A DNA stretch of 60,824 nucleotides from Myxococcota bacterium (lineage in GTDB: Bacteria; Myxococcota; XYA12-FULL-58-9; JALHOP01), in the NCBI GenBank assembly GCA_041288095.1, contig JBGGMJ010000047.1, positions 1-60,824 on the forward strand, in the 5' to 3' direction. The notes beneath the pieces are model-generated. The model was not told where the DNA came from. It saw only the letters and a list, made by a program, of their open reading frames with translations, and did not search any database. The position numbers and the translations under genes were made by a program. Below are positions 29,313-38,237 of the stretch, piece after piece. The number at the start of each line of letters is the position of its first letter. Positions within the stretch are counted from its first letter, which is position 1.

Positions 29313-29339
29313 TGTTCGGCGGCGCGGCTGCGACGTTGT
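29313..29339 (-). promoter_or_regulatory. sigma28-like promoter, probably giving a leaderless transcript
   Basis: ACAA-N15-GCCGAACA ending 8 nt before ATG 29304; no RBS. Confidence 0.5.
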
Positions 29340-29368
29340 GTCAGACAGCAGTGACGAGGAGGGAAGAA

Positions 29369-29441
29369 TGAGCGCGGTCGGGATCGAACCGACGACCCGC
29401 GGATTAAGAGTCCGCTGCTCTACCAGCTGAGCTACGCGCCC
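29369..29441 (-). tRNA. tRNA-Lys (CTT)
   Basis: GGGCGCG/CGCGCTC acceptor stem, AGCTCAGCTGGTAGAGC D-arm, GCGGA-CT-CTT-AA-TCCGC anticodon arm, GGTTCGATCC T-loop; CCA not encoded. Confidence 0.97.
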
Positions 29442-29455
29442 TGAAACAGGCGGGG

Positions 29456-29485
29456 TCTGTACCGAAAGCGTGCTGTCCCCGTCAA
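29456..29485 (-). promoter_or_regulatory. Putative sigma70 promoter of tRNA-Lys
   Basis: TTGACG-N18-TACAGA, 14 nt upstream of the tRNA. Confidence 0.4.
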
Positions 29486-29647
29486 GCACGACCTGCGTTG
29501 AGCCACGCGTACTTTCGGCCATGGGGCCTGGGCACCCTGGGTTGGGCCGACGGTGCTTCGAAGCCCCGAGAAGGCCCATTTGCGCCATTTTGGGCCCGGC
29601 TTGCTTCCTGCACCTTGGATGCTGCGTTCTGTCTTCTGGGGGAACCA

Positions 29648-30643
29648 ATGCCAATGCGCGCCCTGATCGCCGATGATGACCCGATGTCGCGCCGCATGCT
29701 CGAGCTCGTGCTCGGCAAGCTTGGCTACGAGGTCACCGCCGAGACCAATGGCCAAGCCGCCTTTGACCGCCTGACCGCGGCGGATCCGCCGCAGCTCGCG
29801 ATCCTCGACTGGATGATGCCGCAGCTCGATGGCCCGGAGGTGGTGCGGCGCGTGCGCGCCAGGAGCGGCGCCCCGTACGTTTACATGTTGCTCCTCACCA
29901 GCAAGACGCAATCGAGCGACATGGTGAAAGGCCTCGAGGCCGGTGCCGACGACTACATCCTCAAGCCCTTCAACGTGAACGAGCTGCAGGCGCGGCTGCG
30001 CGCGGGCGAGCGGGTGCTGGCGTCACAACGCGACCTCGTCGCGGCGCGCGAAGCATTGCGAGGACGTGCCGCCATCGATGAAGCAACCGGTGCGTTCGGA
30101 CCGGGCGCGCTGCAGCCGCTACTCGCGCGGGACCTCGCCCGGTCGCGCTTCGAGCGCGCGTCGATGAGCGTGGTTGTCGCGGCGCTGGACGCTCCAGCGG
30201 ATCTGCCGCCGACCGTTCGAGGTGAAATGTTGGCCGCGGCCAGCAGGCGAATCACCGCGATGCTGCGGCCGAGCGATGCCTTGGTGCGCGCGAGCGACGA
30301 CATGCTCTGCGTGCTCCTGCCGAACACGACGAGCAGAGATGCCATGATCTTCTCCGAGCATCTGCGCGCGGCGAGCCAGGCGGAGACCGTCGTGACGCCG
30401 AAGGGCGCGATGTCCACCGGTTGCAGCTTCGGCATCGCCAGCTCCGATGGAGCGCAGGTCGAAGCCCCGATGCTTCTGAAGATGGCGACGTCGGCGCTCG
30501 AGCATGCACGCCACGGTGGTCGCGGTCAGATCGTGACGTCGCGACGGACGGCGCCAGCGTCATCGCCTCCTCCCGGACCGCCGCCGATGCCACGCGCCAT
30601 TCGTTCGCTGAGCGGCTCCGCTGAAACGGGACGAGGCTTGTGA
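29648..30643 (+). CDS. Response regulator with degenerate GGDEF domain
   Basis: LIADDD…ILDWMMP…[15 protein letters not shown] fold with active site RASDDM in place of RYGGEE. Confidence 0.85.
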   Translation: MPMRALIADDDPMSRRMLELVLGKLGYEVTAETNGQAAFDRLTAADPPQLAILDWMMPQLDGPEVVRRVRARSGAPYVYMLLLTSKTQSSDMVKGLEAGADDYILKPFNVNELQARLRAGERVLASQRDLVAAREALRGRAAIDEATGAFGPGALQPLLARDLARSRFERASMSVVVAALDAPADLPPTVRGEMLAAASRRITAMLRPSDALVRASDDMLCVLLPNTTSRDAMIFSEHLRAASQAETVVTPKGAMSTGCSFGIASSDGAQVEAPMLLKMATSALEHARHGGRGQIVTSRRTAPASSPPPGPPPMPRAIRSLSGSAETGRGL

Positions 30644-33243
30644 AGATGTTCGCAAGCTTCAACGGCATGCGACGCGGCGCGTTCTCGCCAGGCGTCCTCG
30701 ACGCGTTCGACAACCCACAGATCGCGCGCCAGGTTCTGATGCTGGTGAGCGTGATGTATCCCGCTTGGTCGCTCCTCTTGCGCTGGGCGGACCCGCAGGC
30801 GGTCGGTGGGCTTTGGCCCCGTCTTGGGGTGTGCGGCGTGCTCGTCGCTTTGACCGTTGCCACCTTCCAGGCCCGGTTCGTCCACCGCGCGCAACTCGCG
30901 ATGCAGGTGGCGCTGTGGGTCACCACGGCGCACGCCTTCTACGACTTCGCGCGCAACGGCCAGAGCTTCGTGCACGTGCTCGCCTTGCTCGTCTCCTTCA
31001 TGCTGGCGCTCATGACGGCGGTCGCGCCTATCTCGACGCTCGCGTATTTGCTCTTCACCACGTCACTGACCGCTGTGTACGGCTGGACCTGCGGCATGGA
31101 CGAGCCCCTCGAAGTGGTCATCGTCGTGACCATCGGAAGCCTCTCGTCTGTCACCGTGCTGCTGGTGCTGATGCGGTCGTCGATCGCCGGCCGCGTCAAT
31201 CAAGAGCTCCATCGGACGACGCAAGCCTTGCTCGATAGCGAGACGCGCTTCCGGGCGCTCGCGATGAACGCTCCAGTTGGCATCTTTCGCATGGACGCGC
31301 AGCGGCGCTGCCTCTTCGTGAACGATCGTTGGTGCGAGATCGCGGAGTCTCCGGCATATCTCGCGGCCGGACTCGGTTGGGTGAACGTCGTGCATCCCGA
31401 TGATCGCGTGGCTGTGATGGCGGATCTTGATTCCGCTATCGCGAATGGTCGCGAGTTCAGCAAGGAGTTCCGCTATCTGCTGCCTGACGGCAACGCCCGC
31501 TGGGTGCATCTGCGTCTCGTCGGCATTCGCAATGCGTTGAACGAGGTCATCCAGTTCGTTGGGACCGTTATCGATCTTACCGAGCGCAAGGTCGTCGAAG
31601 AGAGCTTGGTGCGCGCCAAGGAAGTCGCGGAGACCGCGACGCGCTCGAAGAGCGAGTTCCTGGCCAACATGAGCCATGAGATCCGCACCCCGATGAACGG
31701 CGTCATCGGTATGACCGAGCTGGCGCTGCAGACCGAGCTCACCATGGAGCAGCGCGAGTACGTCAGCACGGCGCGCGACTCGGCGGAGAGCTTGCTCACC
31801 ATCATCAACGACATCCTCGACTTTTCGAAGATCGAGGCGCGAAAGCTCGAGCTCGAGAACGTTGGCTTCAGCCTCCGCGAGGTGGTGGAAAACGCGGTGA
31901 AGACGCTTGCGTTGCGCGCTTCCGACAAGGGGCTGTCGCTGGCCAGCCAGGTGCCCGCGGATGTGCCGGACACCCTCCTCGGCGATCCGGTTCGCTTGCA
32001 GCAGGTACTGGTGAATCTGCTGAACAACGCGGTCAAGTTTACCGAAGTGGGCGGCGTCACGCTGACGGTCAGCAAGGTCACGAGCACAGCGGACGGCGCG
32101 GCGCTCAGGTTCAGCGTCCGCGACACCGGCATCGGCGTCGATCCCGATCGTCAAGCGAGCATCTTCGAGGCCTTCACCCAGGCCGACGGTGCCATTACGC
32201 GCAAGTTCGGCGGCACCGGCCTGGGTCTCACCATCAGCTCGCAACTCGTAAGCATGATGGGTGGTACCATGGCGGTGGAGAGCGCGCGCGGCCGCGGCAG
32301 CGAGTTCCACTTCACCATCCCGTTCGTCAACGCGTCCGTCGAGACCGCCGTCGAGCCCTATACGCAGACGCGCTCGGAGCAGCCGCGCATCAAGCCCGTG
32401 GCCCGTTCGCTGTCGCTCCTCGTCGCCGAGGACAACGTCATCAATCGCCGACTAGCTATTCGTTTGCTCGAGAAGGCAGGGCACAACGTGGTTGCCGTCG
32501 AGAACGGTCGCCTTGCCTTGCACGCGGTGAGTGAGGCGCGCTTCGACTGTGTCCTCATGGACATTCAGATGCCGGAGATGGACGGCTTGGCGGCAACCAT
32601 GGCGATTCGCGCCGAGGAGGCGGTGCGCGGCGGACGCGTTCCGATCATCGCGCTCACCGCCCAGGCCATGACTGGTGACCGTGACCGCTGTTTCGAGGCG
32701 GGCATGGACGCCTACGTTTCGAAGCCCATCGACAGTGTCATCTTGCTCGAGACGTTGTATCGCGTCGTCGGCGTCGACACCTCGGCCGCTCCGCCACAGC
32801 CCGCACTCGCCGCGCAGGTGATGGCGTTCCCGATGCTCGTGCTGGAGCCTGATCGGGAAGAGGGACGCCATAGCGGACACGCCATCGACAAGGGCGAGCT
32901 CATGGGGCGCCTCGGCGGCGATGAGCAACTCGTCGCCGAAGTGGTCGGGATGTTCATGCACGAAGGACCCGCAATGCTCGCGGCGCTACAGCGCGAGGTG
33001 TCACGCGGCGAACCAGTGGCGATCGAGCGCGCGGCGCACAAACTGAAAGGTGCCTTGCTCAGCTTGTCGGCGGGAACCGCGGCGAACATCGCCAAGGAGA
33101 TGGAGCTCGCTGCCCGTGAGAGCGACGTCTCGCGAGCCCCGGTCATGGTGGTCCATCTCGAGCAAGAGATTGACGCCGTCTACGACGACCTGAGCGACCT
33201 GCTGCCGAAGCCGGTGAGTCAATCGGGCGCGGCCGCGAGTTGA
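30640..33243 (+). CDS. Hybrid sensor histidine kinase (TM-PAS-HisKA-HATPase-REC-HPt)
   Basis: [55 protein letters not shown]. Confidence 0.96.
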   Translation: MKMFASFNGMRRGAFSPGVLDAFDNPQIARQVLMLVSVMYPAWSLLLRWADPQAVGGLWPRLGVCGVLVALTVATFQARFVHRAQLAMQVALWVTTAHAFYDFARNGQSFVHVLALLVSFMLALMTAVAPISTLAYLLFTTSLTAVYGWTCGMDEPLEVVIVVTIGSLSSVTVLLVLMRSSIAGRVNQELHRTTQALLDSETRFRALAMNAPVGIFRMDAQRRCLFVNDRWCEIAESPAYLAAGLGWVNVVHPDDRVAVMADLDSAIANGREFSKEFRYLLPDGNARWVHLRLVGIRNALNEVIQFVGTVIDLTERKVVEESLVRAKEVAETATRSKSEFLANMSHEIRTPMNGVIGMTELALQTELTMEQREYVSTARDSAESLLTIINDILDFSKIEARKLELENVGFSLREVVENAVKTLALRASDKGLSLASQVPADVPDTLLGDPVRLQQVLVNLLNNAVKFTEVGGVTLTVSKVTSTADGAALRFSVRDTGIGVDPDRQASIFEAFTQADGAITRKFGGTGLGLTISSQLVSMMGGTMAVESARGRGSEFHFTIPFVNASVETAVEPYTQTRSEQPRIKPVARSLSLLVAEDNVINRRLAIRLLEKAGHNVVAVENGRLALHAVSEARFDCVLMDIQMPEMDGLAATMAIRAEEAVRGGRVPIIALTAQAMTGDRDRCFEAGMDAYVSKPIDSVILLETLYRVVGVDTSAAPPQPALAAQVMAFPMLVLEPDREEGRHSGHAIDKGELMGRLGGDEQLVAEVVGMFMHEGPAMLAALQREVSRGEPVAIERAAHKLKGALLSLSAGTAANIAKEMELAARESDVSRAPVMVVHLEQEIDAVYDDLSDLLPKPVSQSGAAAS

Positions 33244-33249
33244 CGCGCG

Positions 33250-35604
33250 CTAGAAGTCGACGTTGTTGCCGTACTCTTTGATGACGCGCTCGGGGAGTCG
33301 CAAGGTGCGGCCATAGAGAGCGCTGTAGACCGCGAGATTGCTGATGACGCGGCGGACGTAGCCGCGGGTCTCGCGGAACGGTATCTCCTCGACGAACTCG
33401 TCGACCGCGAGCGTGTGCTTTTGATCGACCCACTTGGCGACGGCGATTGGGCCCGCGTTGTAGCTCGCGATCGCCATGATGGGGTTGTCGTTGAACTTGG
33501 TCATGAGCTGCCCGAGATACCAGGTGCCGAAGCGCACGTTGACGGATTTTTCGGTCACTTGCGGCCCTTCGAATCCGTCTTCGCGGAGCGCTTTGGCGAT
33601 CTTCGTAGCGGTGTCCGGAATGATTTGCATGAGGCCATTGGCGCTCGCCGCGGAACGCGCGCGGTCGTCGAAGGCGCTCTCCTGGCGCATGATCGCGAGC
33701 ACCAGCAGGGGCGAGACTGAAAATTCGCGCGCGGCGCTCTCGACGAGGTTGGCGTGCGCGTCGGGATACGCGATGCGCATGAGGGCGCGATTCGTGGGGG
33801 TTGGGGCCTCGGCCAGCTCCTTCCTGAAGACGATCGCGCTAACGCGATACCCGGCGTTGTAGTCGCCCAACGCGTAAAGCAGGCGCGCGCGGGCATAAGC
33901 CACAGCCGCCTTCTCTTGGCCGGCCTTCGCCGGGAGCGACATGACCAGGTCCGCGGCGGCGTCGTAGTTGTGCAAGGCGATCAAGCGGAGCATCCGACGC
34001 GCGGTCGGACCCTGCCAATCGAAAGCGGCGTTGCCCCACGGAATGATCTCATCCGGCCGGCTGTCCAAGGTGCCGGGCGGCGCCAGCGGGCGATCCGCCA
34101 TCGCGGATGTCGGCGCGGCGGCGACGAGCCGCCCATCCGCGGCGGTCTCACTAGGTGTCGCGTCGAAGCCGCCGATGTCGAGTGACGCGAACAGCAAAGG
34201 TTCGTCGTTGGCATCCACTATCGGGCGGGTATCGCTGACGAGCTCACCTAGTCGCTGACGGGCGAGCACCCCGTAGTAGTCGAGTGGCGCCGCTGCGAGC
34301 GTCGTTTCGTAGGAGCTGCGTGCCTCGGCCGCGCGTCCCAGGCTCGTGAGGACCCGACCCTCCCAGTAGTACGTGCGTGGCACCAGGGTGCTGCTCGGAA
34401 ACTTGGTGCGCAGCGCGGCCAGCGCGCTCAACGTGGCGGGTAGGTTACCGCTTCGATAAGTCGCCCACGCGAGATACCAAGCGGCCTCGTCGGCTTGGCG
34501 GTCGCGGCCATAGCGTTCGACGTAGCGGCCGAAGAGTTGGACAGCGGCTGGATATTGACCGGCGTTGAAGGCGAGCCAGCCCGCCTTGTAGAGCGCTTCG
34601 CGACCCTCGGTACGGCTTTGGTAAAGCTCGGCGAGCTCTTGATACGCGCGCACCGCGGCTTCGGCGTCGTCCGCCGCCATGTAACAACGGGCGATCCACG
34701 ACTTGTATTCGAGCTGAGCGATGCCGGTAGCGCGGCTCGCGAGCGAGGCAAATCGTACGACGGCGGCCTTGTAGTCGCGGCTCTTCATGGCGAGGCGGGC
34801 AGCGCGAAAGTCGACGATCTCTTGTTGTGCCTTCGTCTTGGCGAGCGCCGTGACGGTCGTTAGCGCCGTGGCCGCGTCCTCGAGAGAGCGCGAGCCGAGC
34901 AAGCGATCGAGTCGCGAGACGAGGTGCTGGAAGGTCGGCGCTGGTGCTCGGCGTTTCGCGACCATTGCGCCCAAACGCTCGTTGGCAGGGCCGCTGAAGG
35001 GTCCACCCGCGTCGTTGTAGGCCATCGTCGCGTAAGCATCGGCGGCTTCGGAGTAGTGGCCGGTGAGCTCGAGGATGCGCGCCTGGTTGAACTGCACAGC
35101 CGGGACGCGCTCGTGGTTCGGGTGTGCTTCGGTGGCGGCGGTGTAAGCCTCTTGCGCCTTGGCCAGTTGGTTCGTGGCGTAGTGGGCGTCCGCTATACCG
35201 TATCGCGCGTCGTCCGCGACCGGTGAGTCCGGCCAACGTTGCAGGACTTTCTCCCAGGTCGCGAGCGCGTCCTTCCATCGCCGAGCGACGCGGTAGGCGA
35301 GGGCGGTCTCTGCGAGCACGAAGTCCGCGACCTCCGGCATGCTGCGTTGCACGGCGGTCAGGTGGCTGAGCGCCTTCGTGGAGTCCCCGAGGCGAAGGGC
35401 GGTGCGCGCCGCGAGGAAATGCGCTTCGTCACGTTCTCGCTGGCTCAGGTTCTTGGCGATGGCGCTCTCGAACAGCGTGAGGGCCTTGGTGTCGTCGCCG
35501 ACATCGAAGGCATCGACGGCTGCTAGATAGTCGCGGTCGCCGAAGCTGTCGGCGAACGCCGGCGTCGCTCCGGTGAGGAGCGCGAGAATGAGGGCCGCGC
35601 GCAT
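33250..35604 (-). CDS. Soluble lytic murein transglycosylase (Slt70-like) with TPR repeats
   Basis: AIMRQESAF, GLMQI, ASYNAG, IPFRETRGYV; signal peptide from ATG 35604 (alternative start 35682). Confidence 0.92.
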   Translation of the reverse strand: MRAALILALLTGATPAFADSFGDRDYLAAVDAFDVGDDTKALTLFESAIAKNLSQRERDEAHFLAARTALRLGDSTKALSHLTAVQRSMPEVADFVLAETALAYRVARRWKDALATWEKVLQRWPDSPVADDARYGIADAHYATNQLAKAQEAYTAATEAHPNHERVPAVQFNQARILELTGHYSEAADAYATMAYNDAGGPFSGPANERLGAMVAKRRAPAPTFQHLVSRLDRLLGSRSLEDAATALTTVTALAKTKAQQEIVDFRAARLAMKSRDYKAAVVRFASLASRATGIAQLEYKSWIARCYMAADDAEAAVRAYQELAELYQSRTEGREALYKAGWLAFNAGQYPAAVQLFGRYVERYGRDRQADEAAWYLAWATYRSGNLPATLSALAALRTKFPSSTLVPRTYYWEGRVLTSLGRAAEARSSYETTLAAAPLDYYGVLARQRLGELVSDTRPIVDANDEPLLFASLDIGGFDATPSETAADGRLVAAAPTSAMADRPLAPPGTLDSRPDEIIPWGNAAFDWQGPTARRMLRLIALHNYDAAADLVMSLPAKAGQEKAAVAYARARLLYALGDYNAGYRVSAIVFRKELAEAPTPTNRALMRIAYPDAHANLVESAAREFSVSPLLVLAIMRQESAFDDRARSAASANGLMQIIPDTATKIAKALREDGFEGPQVTEKSVNVRFGTWYLGQLMTKFNDNPIMAIASYNAGPIAVAKWVDQKHTLAVDEFVEEIPFRETRGYVRRVISNLAVYSALYGRTLRLPERVIKEYGNNVDF

Positions 35605-35759
35605 GATGTGAAACGTATCGTGGCCTGCCTGCCGCCGCCAAAAGAACGAACGAAAGCGCGTCGCAATTTGCGACATCGCCATGGGTGAGCCGCCTCGTCG
35701 GGGCTGGAGGCCGTTCCTGCGCGGCGGGGATTGGCCCGACCTTTGCGAAGGCTTGCGGT

Positions 35760-38237
35760 ATGCGGCGCCATCCTCTCCTGTTCGCGTTTCTGGCGGCCGT
35801 GACCGGTGTCTGGGTGGCCGAGCTCCTGGCTCTGTCGGTCTTGCTCGCCGGTGGAGTCACCGTGGCCACGACGGTTGGCTTGCTGGTCGCCGTCCGGCGA
35901 CGGCGTGGGGTCGTGATCGCGGCGTGGATTGCCGCGGGGGCAGCGGCCGGCTGGGCACGCGCGGCTACTGGACCCACTCGGGCACCCCCTACCTGCGCGG
36001 TGGCCGGCGGCATTCGCGGGTACGCCGCGAGCACCTGGCGCGGCCGCGTCGACGGGCCCCTCGAGGCACGTCCGGCTGGAGCGCGTACGGTGCTGGCGCT
36101 GGAGCGAGAGCTCTGCGGTGGCGTGTGGGTCGGGCGTCGCGCGCGGGTCGGGGTAACGTTGTGGGACGGACCCGCGGTCGCTCGAGGTGATCACCTCGAG
36201 CTCGTGCTCGCGGTCGAGCCCATCGCCGCGGCGCGAAATCCGACGGATGCCGACGCGGAGATCCAGGCGCGCATCGATGGCGTCGATGCCGCGGCCCGCG
36301 TGTTGTCAGTGCACCGCGTCGTCGCGACCGATCGCGGCGGGCTCTCGTACATCGATGGAGCGCGTCGGCTGGCCGCCGGGGCTTTGATGTCGCGATTATC
36401 GGCGGACCACGCCGCGGTCGCTCGCGGCTTGGTCATGGGAGACCGCGGTGGCCTAGGGGCGGCCGATCGTGAAGCCTGGGCGGACGCGGGGCTCGCCCAT
36501 CTCCTTGCGGTCAGCGGCATGCACGTCACGATGGTCGTCGTGGCGATCGGCGCCGCGGTGCGCTTTCTCGTTGGCCGCGTGCCTGGACTGGTCGAACGCT
36601 GCTCGTTGCTCCCCGTGGTGGCGCTGGTCGCGCTGCCGGCGGCGTTGCTGTTCTGCGCGTGGTCCGCTTCCCCAGCTTCGGCGGTTCGCGCGACGCTCAT
36701 GGGCAGTGTCGGCCTCGTCGGCTCCATTCTCGGTCGACCGGCGCGGGCCGTCGAGGCTCTCGCCTTCACGGGGCTGGCCATGCTGGTCGAGCAACCACTC
36801 ATCATGCACGACGCTGGCTTCGTCTTGTCGATGGCCGCGGTTGCCGCGCTTCTCGCGTCGCCAAGGTTGCGAACCGACGCCGCCGGACAGCTTCGCCGAC
36901 CGCTCTGGCGCTTGTTGCTCAAGCTGCGGCGCACGATGTTGCTCGGGGTTGTCGCCTCCGTGGCGGCGACTCTCGCGGCGTTGCCGATCACCGCGGTCTT
37001 CTTCGGACGGGTCTCGCTGGTTGCACCCCTCACGAATCTCGCGGCGGTGCCCATCGGCGCGACTCTGGCGACTCCCCTGGCCTTGGCATTGGTGATTGTC
37101 GCCCCGGTGGCGCCTCGATGCGCCGACTGGATCGCCATGCCCCTCGAGCGACTTCTCGGGTGGTTGCTCGCCATCGTCCATGTTGGTGAGCAGCTGCCCG
37201 GCGCGACAGTGGCGTTGGCGGCGCCTCGGCCGCACGAGCTCGTCTTCTACGGCGTGGCGCTGACGGCCGGGTTCGCGGCGTTGCGCCTCCCGCGCAGGCG
37301 ACTACGCTTGGGGGCCGTCTTTTTCGCGGCGCTACTCGGCTTGGTGACGAGCGCCCTGGTGCGTTGGGTCACCTCGCGACGCACCGATGAGCTCGTCGTC
37401 TTGGTGCCGTACGTCGGCCAAGGCGACGGCATCGTCGTCCGTTTTCCCGGCGGGCAAACGGCCGTGGTCGATGCCGGCGGCGCCATCGCGACGAGTGACT
37501 GGGATCCCGGGCGGCGGGTGATCGCTCCGCTATTGCGGAAGAATGGCGTGACCTCCATCGATCTGGCGGTGGTCAGCCATCCGCATCCCGACCACATCGG
37601 TGGCTTCGTCTATCTCGCCGAGCGCTTTCACATCGTCGAGCTCTGGCGAAGCGGCCAGCACGACGAAATGGGCGCGATGGCGCGACTGGAAGAGAATGTG
37701 ACGCGACGGGGCGGGCGCCTCCGAGCTTCGGGGGCGCTCGCCGCGACCGTCGACTACGGCGGCGTCCGCATCGACGTCGTTCATCCTCGCGTCGAAGACA
37801 CCTCGTATCTCCCGGAGCTCGATCTCAACGACAATTCCGTGGTGTTGCGGCTCAGGCACGGCGCGCGATCCATTCTCCTGACCGGCGATATCGAGGCCAT
37901 TGCGGAGCGCGAGATCGTGGCAACCGGTGTCGACATCGCGGCCGACATCCTGAAAGTCGCGCATCACGGCAGCCGCACCTCGTCGACTCCAGAGCTGCTC
38001 GACGCGGTTCGACCCTGGGTGGCTGTCGCGTCTTGCGGGGTCCACAACCAGTTCGGCTTTCCACATCCCGAGGTGATGGACCGCTTTAGCGGACGGGATA
38101 TCCCCCTGTTGAGCACCGCGAAGCACGGCGCCGTCACCCTCCGGACCGACGGCGTGACTTGGCGCGTTAGCGGGCACCGCCCCGGTTTAGCCCTGCCTGC
38201 AAGGCCGGCGCTCATGGAGGTACCCGATGGTGATTGA
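35760..38237 (+). CDS. comEC: DNA internalization competence protein ComEC/Rec2
   Basis: GLAHLLAVSGMHV, SAVRATLM, VGQGD, SHPHPDHIGG, LTGDIE, KVAHHGS, FGFPH. Confidence 0.93.
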   Translation: MRRHPLLFAFLAAVTGVWVAELLALSVLLAGGVTVATTVGLLVAVRRRRGVVIAAWIAAGAAAGWARAATGPTRAPPTCAVAGGIRGYAASTWRGRVDGPLEARPAGARTVLALERELCGGVWVGRRARVGVTLWDGPAVARGDHLELVLAVEPIAAARNPTDADAEIQARIDGVDAAARVLSVHRVVATDRGGLSYIDGARRLAAGALMSRLSADHAAVARGLVMGDRGGLGAADREAWADAGLAHLLAVSGMHVTMVVVAIGAAVRFLVGRVPGLVERCSLLPVVALVALPAALLFCAWSASPASAVRATLMGSVGLVGSILGRPARAVEALAFTGLAMLVEQPLIMHDAGFVLSMAAVAALLASPRLRTDAAGQLRRPLWRLLLKLRRTMLLGVVASVAATLAALPITAVFFGRVSLVAPLTNLAAVPIGATLATPLALALVIVAPVAPRCADWIAMPLERLLGWLLAIVHVGEQLPGATVALAAPRPHELVFYGVALTAGFAALRLPRRRLRLGAVFFAALLGLVTSALVRWVTSRRTDELVVLVPYVGQGDGIVVRFPGGQTAVVDAGGAIATSDWDPGRRVIAPLLRKNGVTSIDLAVVSHPHPDHIGGFVYLAERFHIVELWRSGQHDEMGAMARLEENVTRRGGRLRASGALAATVDYGGVRIDVVHPRVEDTSYLPELDLNDNSVVLRLRHGARSILLTGDIEAIAEREIVATGVDIAADILKVAHHGSRTSSTPELLDAVRPWVAVASCGVHNQFGFPHPEVMDRFSGRDIPLLSTAKHGAVTLRTDGVTWRVSGHRPGLALPARPALMEVPDGD

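Noticed and set aside
29340-29441. Integrative element attached to tRNA-Lys
   Set aside because: No integrase, and no duplicated tRNA 3' end found by eye
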